Origin: Hyaloraphidium curvatum SAG 235-1
Lineage: Eukaryota; Fungi; Monoblepharomycota
Assembly (NCBI GenBank): GCA_025558095.1
Contig: JAIVFI010000012.1
Coordinates: forward strand, 682,001-746,000
DNA length: 64,000 nt
Direction of reading: 5' to 3'
A program made the translations under genes and the position numbers. Below are positions 54,934 to 64,000 of the stretch, piece by piece (the stretch's first letter is position 1; each line of letters begins with the position of its first letter). The notes under the pieces were generated by a model that made no database searches, had not been told where the DNA came from, and saw nothing but the letters and a program-made list of their open reading frames with translations.

Positions 54934-56502
54934 TCACTCCACGATCGGACCGTCCCACGCCTCGAGGTCCGCCAGCTGCGCCTTGGCCTCGTCCCGCGTC
55001 GGCACCCCCCACGCGTCAAAGTACCCCGACAGGTTCCTCCCCACGGCCTTGGAAATGGCGACCAGCCACGCGTCCCGCTTGGCGTCGTCGTCCTGCGGCC
55101 TCTCCTCCTCGGGCATCGCCGCGAACCCAGCAAACGCGTCGTAGAAGGGCTGCCACCCGAACTCGGCGACGAGCCGGGCGTACATGGCCAATGCGAGGAA
55201 CGGGTCGTCCTTCCACTTGGCAAAGTCGGGCGCGGCGAGGTATCTCTTCACTTCGGGGAGGGTTTCCTTGATGCGCGGGTTGTCCCACGCGGCCACGCCG
55301 TTGATCCGCTCCACAGCGTGCAGCACAAACACGTTGTTGGTCACCTCGTCCGTGCCCTCGAAGGTCCACGCGTCGCGCTGGCGGTTGTGCCCGATCTCGT
55401 GGTACGCGCCCCACACGGCGTTGCCGTCCGCGCGGATGGCCTTTTCGTCGAGCACGGCGAACAGCGACTCGTCGTCGGCGTCGTATGTGCCCATCAGGGG
55501 GTACCCGCTGTGCAGGTAGCCGAGCGAGATCTGCCGGTCCGCCACGAGGCGCTCGGGGAAGTTGAACGGCTCCCCGCCGAGCTCCTCGTACGTGACCAGC
55601 GCGTCCTCCCACAGCTGCATCAGCGACTCGGGGTCCTCCAGCGCCCTGAGCTTGGCCGAGGGGACGGTGAAGATGATGCGGGAACAGGCGAGCTCGCCCC
55701 AGGGAGCGGGGCGGTGACGGATCGAGTCGCGCCATTCGGCAAGAGAAGTCTCGCCGAGGATGAAGGTGGGAGCGGGCACCACGGCGCCGCTGATCTCGAC
55801 CTCGAACGAGCCCTCGCCGTCCTCGGGCACCACCACGTAGACGAGCCCGCCGAACGGCGAGGCAATGGTGGTGAGCTCGCCCTCGAGGGGATAGTCGAAC
55901 GACAGGTCCGGCCACCGCGTCCATGCCTGCTCCTCGGCGCCCTCCTCGTAATCCTGGTGGCACCCGCGCGCGACTTCCTTCTCGGAGTAGAGCTCGTCCG
56001 CGTGGGCGCCGATCCTGATCCTCAGGCCGCGTTCGATGGCCTCGGGTGCAGCGCGGATCTCGACGATGCCGCCCGGCCTGGCGTAGCGCTGGGTGCCGAT
56101 CCAGCGCCCGTAGGTCGCGTCTACCGACACCGTGGCGGGCTCATCGGTCGCATCGTCGGGAACCGAGCCGGGGAAGTCGGCGACGGCGGGGCACACGGCC
56201 TGCTCCTCGGGCGGCGCGAGCCTCCACGCTTCGGAGAGCACGAACAGCAGCAGCCTGTCGAGCCTGCGCTCCGGCCCGATCGGGTTCTCCCGCGAGGGCG
56301 TCAGCTCGCTTTCCCTGCTCGCAAACGCGTCCTTGGCCGCCGCGCACAGCGCGTCGATCTCGGGCAGCGGCGACTCCTTGGCGGTGCGCAGGGCGGCGGC
56401 GGCGGCCGATGCGGCGCGCGCGAGCTGCTTCTCCGCGGCGGGCAGCTCTTCCTCGCCGGAGATCCACCGCGCCACGAGGGCGAGCGCTTCGGATGCCTTC
56501 AT
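54934..56502 (-). CDS. M60-like (TCAF/enhancin-type) zinc metallopeptidase, intronless
   Basis: SPFGGLVY, APWGEL, HSGYP, WGAYHEIGHNRQ (HExxH) and EVTNN motifs. Confidence 0.9.
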   Translation of the reverse strand: MKASEALALVARWISGEEELPAAEKQLARAASAAAAALRTAKESPLPEIDALCAAAKDAFASRESELTPSRENPIGPERRLDRLLLFVLSEAWRLAPPEEQAVCPAVADFPGSVPDDATDEPATVSVDATYGRWIGTQRYARPGGIVEIRAAPEAIERGLRIRIGAHADELYSEKEVARGCHQDYEEGAEEQAWTRWPDLSFDYPLEGELTTIASPFGGLVYVVVPEDGEGSFEVEISGAVVPAPTFILGETSLAEWRDSIRHRPAPWGELACSRIIFTVPSAKLRALEDPESLMQLWEDALVTYEELGGEPFNFPERLVADRQISLGYLHSGYPLMGTYDADDESLFAVLDEKAIRADGNAVWGAYHEIGHNRQRDAWTFEGTDEVTNNVFVLHAVERINGVAAWDNPRIKETLPEVKRYLAAPDFAKWKDDPFLALAMYARLVAEFGWQPFYDAFAGFAAMPEEERPQDDDAKRDAWLVAISKAVGRNLSGYFDAWGVPTRDEAKAQLADLEAWDGPIVE

Positions 56503-57077
56503 GGTCGGGAACCGCGGAGAGGTTGTCGGGCGGGATGGCAGGACCCGGAAAGGGCCCGCATTCGACTGGTGGGGTGCAACGCGAGGACGTCCCGGGAAGG
56601 AACTGGATTGGGACACCTGTTCGGTCACGAAGCGGAAGAAGAACTACTGGGACCATATCGTGGAGTGGGCGTCGGAAGGACCCTGGCGAGGAGAGCGACC
56701 GACCTGTGAGCGTGAGCCAGCACAACTCGGACGACTCCCGTCCGAATCTGAGCGGGAATCGCATCCCTACGATGAGGTCGGGAGCGACGAGAGTGACTGG
56801 TGATGTAGACTTCGATCATTGGCTCCTGGAATCGCCCAGGCATGGCCCATGGAGTGGAGGAACGTTTCTCCGCACCTCCTCGATTCTCCGCAAGTTCTTC
56901 GTAGTTGCCCGCAGTCTCGCCTCTCACGATCTGAAGAGCACCGTAGCCATCTCTGTGCCTCATTCTCGGCCAGTGCGTTTGCGCAAGGCGCCTCACTCAG
57001 GTTGTTCCGTGTGGCCGGGCGTCAGGGGCCACGCGTCCGCAGCAGCGCGTCCCCCCACATCCGCCCGATTGCCCGCC

Positions 57078-60000
57078 ATGGCGGACCCGCCGCCCGAGCC
57101 GGGCTCGCCGGGGTCGCCGCCGCTGCGCATCGAGGTCCAGGAAATCGTCGCGCCGACGCTGACCGTCACGGGCGATTCGTCCCCGACGGTCGAGGTTGTT
57201 GTGCCGCCGCCGCAATCCGGTACCCCCGCGCCGCCGCCCCCTCGCGGGCTCCCTTCTGAGACGGGCGCCGCGGACGGTGCCGCGGGCAAGGCGGCGGAGG
57301 CGGGATTCGCCGGTGCCGGGGCGGACGCGGGCCACGCCCACTTTGCTCCCGCCGGCGACTCGCCGCGGCGGCCCTCCGCGGAACTCGCCGCAAACGGGCT
57401 GCCCGCCGCCGGGATCATGAAGCGCCCCTCCGCGGACCTGAAGGCCGGCGCGCCCCACGCCCCGCTCCCCGCCCCGCGCCCCGGCCCGCGCGCCGTGAAG
57501 GTGGCGACGGACGAGGACCCGCGCCAGCTGTGGGCACTCAAGGAGTACGCCTCGATCCCGCTCTCGATCGTCATCATGATCGTCGGGTCGCGCGGCGACG
57601 TGCAGCCGTTCGTGGCCCTGGGCAAGATGCTGAAGGAGACGTACGGGCACCGCGTCCGCCTCGCGACTCACGAGACCTTCCGGAAGTTTGTGACTGTCGA
57701 CGGCGGGCTCGAGTTCTTCCCCCTGGCCGGCGACCCGGCGGAGCTCATGGCCTGTGAGTGGCTCGCGGCGACGATTTTCCGGCCACCCTGCTCACAGGGG
57801 CCCCTTCGCCAGACATGGTCAAGAACCCCGGCCTGATCCCCGGCATGTCCTCCATCCGCGCCGGCGACATCGGCAAGAAGCGTGCCACCGTCGCCGCCAT
57901 CCTCGAGACCTGCTGGGACGCGTGCCACAAGCCCGACCCCGGGCCGCCCGCCGCCGCCGCCGCGGGGAGCAAGTCGGCCGTTGACCAGGCCCACGGCGCC
58001 GGGACCGACCAGGCGCCGGCGGGCCCCGCGCAGCCGTTCGTCGCGCAGCTGATTATCTCGAACCCCGTGACCTTCGCCCACATCCACTGCGCGCAGAAGC
58101 TGCGCGTGCCCCTCCACATCATGTTCACCATGTGGGTTGGACTCCAGCTCCTTACCCATTGACGACGACTGACTCTGGTGGGCAGGCCCTGGACCCCGAC
58201 CCGCGCCTTCCCCCACCCGCTCATCAAGATCAACTCCTCCGGCGAGCCCGGCGTCATGAACTACCTCTCCTACTCGGTCGTCGAGAACCTCACGTGGGCC
58301 CTGCCGCTGCGGCACACGGCTTTTTGCCCTCTAAACGTCGGCCTCCGCCCCACACCGCAGCTGGTCCGGCATGGGCGACGTCATCAACAACTTCCGCAAA
58401 AACACCCTCAACCTCCCCGTCCTCACCCAGATCACCGGCCCCTACCTCCTCACCTCGCACCCCATCCCCTTCACCTACACCTGGTCCCCCGACCTGGTCC
58501 GCAAGCCCGACGACTGGTGCGCCGGGACCTACCCCGAGACGCGCAAGGCCGCCACCGGGGGTTCCTCGTCGCGGACCGACACGGGCGCGTCGCGAAACAC
58601 CCGCGCCGCGACGGCGACCATCCTCCGCGGGGCCGCGGAGGACAGGGAGCTGATCGACGTGTGCGGGTTCCTGTACCTCGACTCGCTCACGGCCAACTAC
58701 GCCCCGCCCGCGGAGCTCGCCTCCTTTCTGGAGCGCAAGACGGACAAGAAGATCGTCTACATCGGCTTCGGCTCCATCGTCATCCCCGACCCCGACGCCT
58801 TCACGAAGCTCATCCTCGAGGCCGTCAAGCTCGCGGGGGTGCGGGCGCTGGTCAGCCAGGGGTGGGGCGGGCTGGGGATGGGCGACCAGGCGGTCGAGGT
58901 GGTGGACGGGGAGAAGCAGGTCATGGTGATCGGCAACACGCCGCACGATTGGCTGTTCCTGCAGGTGGGCCGGCGGTCCGCGGCCGGGGAGCTTCCGGGA
59001 CTGACGCGCATCGACGCTGCAGATCGACGCGGTGGTGCATCATGGAGGCGCGGGCACGACGGCGGCAGGGCTCAAGGCGGGGCGCCCGACGATGGTGGTT
59101 CCCTTTTTCGGCGACCAGCCCTTCTGGTTGGCTCCCCTTTCGTGCCTCTACCATTCTTCTGCTTACCATCTCGCGCGCAGGGGCGCCATGGTCAACCGGA
59201 TGGGCGTCGGTGCGGCGCCGATCCCGTTCAAGAAGCTCACTGCGCAGAACCTGGCCGAGTCGCTGCGGCACCTGATCAAGCCCGAGGTCCGAGCCAAGGC
59301 CGAGGAGATCGGCGAGAAGATGCGCGAGGAGACGGGGTGCGTCCTCCCAGCCCGCAGTCGTGCCTGAAGCTCACCCCCGGGTTCCCAAAGGGTCCTCAAC
59401 GCCTGCCGCTCCATCCACCGGCACCTTCCCCTCGCCCAGATGACCTGCGACATCTTCCCGGACCGCCTCGCGACGCACTACCTCGCCCCCCGGGCGTTCG
59501 ACAAGAGCCTGCCGCTCATCTCGGTGTGCAAGCCCGTGCGGGACCTGCTGATCCAGACCGGCGAGGTGCCCAAGAGCAAGTGGAAGTCGAGGGAGGGCGG
59601 GTTCGTCAAGTGGAACCTGGACGACGTTTCGCGGAACCGTGGGTCGCGGCCGGCTTCTGGCCTTGAAGGGGAGTCTAACTTTGCGCTCAGTGATCGAGGG
59701 CACCCTCCGCGCCGCCAAGGACCTCGCCGTCGAGACCGTCAAGGGCGCCGGATCCCTGTTCTACGAACCGGCCGTCGGTTTCAAGGCCGCGGCCTCGGCC
59801 ACCACCCCCGGCGCCAAGACCAAGGAGGTCTTCCGCGGGCTGGGCCGCGGGCTCGGCCACTTCGTCTACTACCCCATCAAGGGCGGCGGCAAGGTCATCG
59901 GCGACCTCGCCGACGGCCTCCGCAACACGCCCAACACCCTCGAAGGGCGGCCGATGGAGTCCCGCAGGCAGGTGCACCACGCGGCCGACGGGATCGGGTG

Positions 60001-60784
60001 GGGCACGGTGGCGCTCGGGCAGGGGGTCGCCGAGGGGCTCTATGACTTTTTCGCAAAGCCCGTGACCATCTCCATGGACAAGGGGCCGGCGATCGGGGTG
60101 CCGCTCGGGATCCTCACGGGGTCCCTGTCGGTGGTGTTCAAGCCCATGGCGGGGGCGATGGACTTTGTCTACATGAGCGGCAGAGGTATCAAGGAGACCA
60201 CGCGGGATCTGTTTGACCGGAAGGGCGCCAAACGGAGGAAGGAGGCCGACAAGGCGTACAAGAAGGTCGGGGTCATCGGCGGGGTGCTGCCCTCTGCCGA
60301 GCACCACCTGGAGGAGGACACCCCGCGCATGCGGACGCCATCGCCTCGGCCACCGAGCAGGGCCTCTGCGGGAGCTGCGGCCGGGGCTGCGGCCGCGAAC
60401 GGGAACCTGGCGGTCCCCGTGGCGGGTTCCGCGAACCTGGTCTCCACGACGGGGGAGCGGTACGCCAGCTTCTACAGCTTCGCGTCGAACGCGGTGCCGC
60501 ACTCGGACGAGCTCACCGAAGCCGAGAAGGAGTACGCCCTCGCACGCTTCAGGGAGATGCGCGAGGCCCAGCGGGGCGAGACCGAGCTGTTCAAGAAGCA
60601 GCGGGACCAGGCTCGGCAGGAGCGCGAGGAGGAGGTGCTCCAGGAGAAGGCGCTGGAGGAGCGCATCCAGGCCGGCAGGGAGGCCACGGCGATCCTGGGG
60701 AACAGGACGATCCAGGTGGACCGCGTGCTGATCGGGGCGGACAACGACGTCCTCTCGCTGGGGTCCCTCGTGGACCAACTCTAG
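57078..60784 (+). CDS. GT1 glycosyltransferase, sterol 3-beta-glucosyltransferase (UGT80-like), spliced
   Basis: [48 protein letters not shown] and PFFGDQPFW motifs, with a Gly-rich helical C-terminus. Confidence 0.92.
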
Positions 60785-60936
60785 GGACGGCGCGGTTGGA
60801 TCTCGTTCTGATTTCTGGGCATGTATGGAACGTTTTGATTAACTGTCTCTTTCGGAAGAGTTCGGATCGCGGGCAGCGGGGGGGCGTGCGCTACGGCAAC
60901 GTGTGCGAATCCGCCTAATCTCCAGACGCACCGCCC

Positions 60937-61597
60937 ATGGCCTCCCTGGACGAGCTGAAGGCGTTCGAGGGCACCTGGGTGCTCAACCGAGCCGCCTCGG
61001 ACAATGCCGTGCTGGACGAGGTGCTCGCGATGCAGGGTGCGGGGCGGCACGGCGCGTCTCCCGATGGACGGAGCTGACCTCGGCGACCGTCCAGGCATGC
61101 CGTGGCTCATGAGGAAAGCCGCATCACGTTCGTTGACTATCAGCGGCCTCTAAGGATGTGGAATTGACGCGTCTCGTCCGCCAGTCGCGACGCCGTCGGT
61201 CACGGTCAAGGTGGTCTCAAAGAAGCTCGCGGAAGTGGACTGGGACGGCAAGGGGCTCGACGGCGACGAACACGACCCCGAGGAAGAGACCATCGTCTTC
61301 GAGGTGGCCATGCACGCCGGGATCCCGGCGATGCCGACGCGGACGCAGCACAACCCGCTCCACGGGCGGAAGGTTTCCCATGAGATCAGAATTCCCGGGT
61401 TTCCTCCGAAGGTCATCGTCTTCGTTTCGAACCGCACCGAAGGAGGGATCGTTGTACGGAGCGAGAACGAGGCGGAAGGTTGGACCAACGAGGCGCGGTG
61501 GAGTCTCGAGGACGGGGGGAAGACGATCTGCAGGGACATGGTCTTCACCAAGGGCGGCAAGACCAAGAAGTACGTTCTGAGGAACACGAAGCAGTAG
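60937..61597 (+). CDS. Calycin/FABP-like small beta-barrel protein (spliced)
   Basis: FEGTWVLNRAASDN..DEVLAMQ|GMPWLMRKAA resembles the GxW lipocalin/FABP start. The remainder is beta-rich. Confidence 0.55.
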
Positions 61598-61691
61598 GGG
61601 GCTCCTCTGGGCGGTGGCAGATAACTGGGAGGGCGACGCAGATGTACTCACTCTAGACAAAGCTCTCTATCTCTTTTGTCTTCTCTTCCAC

Positions 61692-64000
61692 CTAAGGGGT
61701 GTTCACGTCGACGCATGGGCCGCCGTTGACCATGATCGTCCACATGGTTATTGAGGCCTTGACGATGGTGCAGACCGGAAGGCAGAAGCAGCTTCCGTCC
61801 GGATGCCAGTTGGCGTACGCGTACCCACCGGATGCGCAAGAAGCACCACATGCGTCAATCGGGCCGAAAGGCATCTGGACGGGCCAATCGCCGGGCCCGG
61901 GTGGAAAAACGGGGTTGACGTCATCGCAGAAGCGGTTCGCGCAGGTGGTCCTGGTGGCGGTCTGATGATCCGAGGCAGGGTCAGGCCCGCTGAATGGCGA
62001 CAGACGCCGCCCGCTCACCTCGCAGTTGGTTCCCGTGAAACTCGACGGACACACGCACGAGTAGCTTCCGCCGCCGAGATCGACGCAGGTACCGCCGTTC
62101 TGGCACGGATCGGAAGCGCAAGCCGAGACGGGCACAGTTGCGGCTGCGGTCGAGCTCGTAGCCGTTTCCGAGGTCGTCGCCGTCTCCGACGTGCTCGTTG
62201 CCGTCTCGGAGGCGCTGGTGGCCGTTTCGGACGTGCTTGTCGCGGTCTCCGAAGTGCTCGTCGCGGCCATCTGGGAGCGATCCGGCCCGTCAGCCCACCT
62301 GCTCGCTGCTTGCACGATCCCTCCAGCAGACGCACCTCGCAATCGAACCCCACGAATCCGTGCGGGCACACGCAGATGTAGCCGTCTGGAAGGTTGACGC
62401 ACGTGCCCCCGTTCTGACAGGGATGCGCGGCGCACGCGGGGGCGTTGGTTGTGAGCGAGGACGACGTGCCTTGTGGCCGTCTCCGTAGTGCTCGGCGTCC
62501 AGACGGTGGTGCTCGTGGGCAGCTCAGCGGTGCTGGTGGTCGACAAGAAGATCGTGGTGCTGGATGACGTCAGGCTCCAGGTGATCACGCAGATGCAGCC
62601 GCCGCCCGGCTGCGGGACGCAGATGCCTATGCAAGCGCTGGTCGTTGTCGCAAGGGACGCCGTGCGGGTGAGGCTATGAGACTCCGTGGTCGTTGGGGTG
62701 TAGCTCAAAGTCGACGAAGTCAGGGATTCCGAGCTGGTGGAAGAGGTGGGAGTCTGGCTCAATGTCGAGGAGGTGGCCGTCTCCGACAGGGTGGAAGAAG
62801 TACAGGTCTCGCTCGAGGACGACGAGGTCAGCGTGTCGCTGGATGTCGAGGACGTGAGGCTTTCCGAAAAGGTGGAGGACGTCACGGTTGCCGATGCAGT
62901 CTTGCTGGTATCGGCCGTCAAGCTTTGGGTGATTGAGGTCGTGGCCGTCAGACTCTGCGACTCTGAAGTCGTGGCAGTCATGGAACCGCTCTTGCTGGTG
63001 GTTGCCGTGAGACTGCGAGTGTCCGATGTCGTCGCCGTCAGGCTCTGGGAAGCAGTGACCGTACGGCTCGACGTGGAAGGCGTGACGGATTCTGAGTGCG
63101 TGGAAGACGTGAGGGTCCCCGACAGAGTCGACTCCGTGGTGCGCGTCGGATGTCGAACTTGCGTCCGCGTCGTCCGCGATGTCGTGCCGTCCGAGGTCGG
63201 AGTTGCCGCTGTCGCTGATTTCGACGCTGAAGATGTTGGCCTACCGGCTGAGGTGCTGCTCGTCGCCAGCGGAATCGGGAACGGCCGCACCTGGTTGAAT
63301 GGCGGCGGTGCGCCCTGGAAGTCGATTGGCAGGCTGCCCACGGGATCCGAGGAGCTTGGTTGCCCGCCGGAGCCTGGCACGACAAGACAGACAGATCCAG
63401 GAGGCATTGAGGCTGAAGGTGGGCAGGCAAAGACGAATAGACCATTGGCACCAGTAACGCAGTTGCAGACGACCTCCATGCCTGCGGCCCGGGTCGTCGC
63501 CATGGGGCACTGCAGTTGCAGCGGCACGCCAACCTGGGGGATGTCCCCCGGTTGGTACGTCCCCGTCCCCGTGACGTCAATGAACAGCTGGCCACCGGCA
63601 ACGGCCGTCAGCGTCACGATCGAGGTCGTCGTCCGCCGCACGGTTTTGGTGGCCACGACGGCCGTCCTGGTCTGAGTGCTCGTGACAGTTGACCTTTCAG
63701 GACAGCAGAAGCGGGCCGCGCGGCCCCTGACGCGGGCGACTGGAACGCCGGAGGGACAGGAGGGGCAGAGATGGCGGGCGTAGAGGCGGCGCTCGGCCTC
63801 CTCTTGCTCCAGAGCGCCGAGTGATCCGTTGGTCCACGCGGGGAGCTGCGCCGGCCGCAGCCGCGCCACGCCCGGGATTCGGCCGGTACCAACGCGATTT
63901 CGTGCGAAAATGGTGGTTGTCCGCGTCGCCGTGGTCCACCTAGTCCGCGTCACGGTGCGGCGGGCCGTTGACGTGTGCCACGACGTGACAACTCGGCGCC
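61692..64000 (-). CDS. Mucin-like Ser/Thr-rich surface protein with a CPxC..CC module and two EGF-like domains (5' end outside the window)
   Basis: LYARHLCPSCP...FCCP; S/T repeats; CAAHPCQNGGTCVNL..C.C and CASDPCQNGGTCVDL..C.C; an apparent 1-nt frameshift near 62470. Confidence 0.7.
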   Translation of the reverse strand, partial: RRVVTSWHTSTARRTVTRTRWTTATRTTTIFARNRVGTGRIPGVARLRPAQLPAWTNGSLGALEQEEAERRLYARHLCPSCPSGVPVARVRGRAARFCCPERSTVTSTQTRTAVVATKTVRRTTTSIVTLTAVAGGQLFIDVTGTGTYQPGDIPQVGVPLQLQCPMATTRAAGMEVVCNCVTGANGLFVFACPPSASMPPGSVCLVVPGSGGQPSSSDPVGSLPIDFQGAPPPFNQVRPFPIPLATSSTSAGRPTSSASKSATAATPTSDGTTSRTTRTQVRHPTRTTESTLSGTLTSSTHSESVTPSTSSRTVTASQSLTATTSDTRSLTATTSKSGSMTATTSESQSLTATTSITQSLTADTSKTASATVTSSTFSESLTSSTSSDTLTSSSSSETCTSSTLSETATSSTLSQTPTSSTSSESLTSSTLSYTPTTTESHSLTRTASLATTTSACIGICVPQPGGGCICVITWSLTSSSTTIFLSTTSTAELPTSTTVWTPSTTETATRHVVLAHNQRPRVRRASLSERGHVRQPSRRLHLRVPARIRGVRLRGASAGGIVQAASRWADGPDRSQMAATSTSETATSTSETATSASETATSTSETATTSETATSSTAAATVPVSACASDPCQNGGTCVDLGGGSYSCVCPSSFTGTNCEVSGRRLSPFSGPDPASDHQTATRTTCANRFCDDVNPVFPPGPGDWPVQMPFGPIDACGASCASGGYAYANWHPDGSCFCLPVCTIVKASITMWTIMVNGGPCVDVNTP

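Noticed and set aside
1-64000. tRNA, rRNA or telomeric repeats
   Set aside because: None were recognisable by eye.

Overview
This is a GC-rich, gene-dense eukaryotic window. Short (~50-60 nt) GT-AG introns with CTGAC/CTAAC-like branch points and the gene content suggest an early-diverging (zoosporic-type) fungus; that assignment is inference only. Recognisable genes are: an erythromycin-esterase-like C-terminus, a SYLF/Ysc84 protein, an NADP oxidoreductase, an AT-hook/Tudor-knot chromatin protein, an acyl-CoA dehydrogenase, an RNase Z-like MBL hydrolase, a CoA-transferase III, a TKL-like kinase, an M60 peptidase, a sterol glucosyltransferase-like GT1, a calycin-like protein and several secreted Cys/Thr-rich proteins. 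Two expanded families show birth-and-death turnover: about 8 F-box/LRR-like genes and 6 seven-TM genes. Four observations stand out. (1) A non-coding element is present twice (~6.45-7.26 kb and ~10.36-12.1 kb); it consists of a conserved structured leader followed by a tandem array of ~155-bp units, each a two-stem hairpin with conserved stems and two variable internal segments. (2) There is a complete, spliced DEG/ENaC/ASIC-family channel gene. (3) The six 7TM genes have the topology and TM7 motif of gustatory-receptor-like/DUF3537 7TM ion channels. (4) A 3'-truncated CRE-like non-LTR retrotransposon has three stop/start-coupled ORFs. All calls come from manual reading; exon boundaries and some start codons are approximate.
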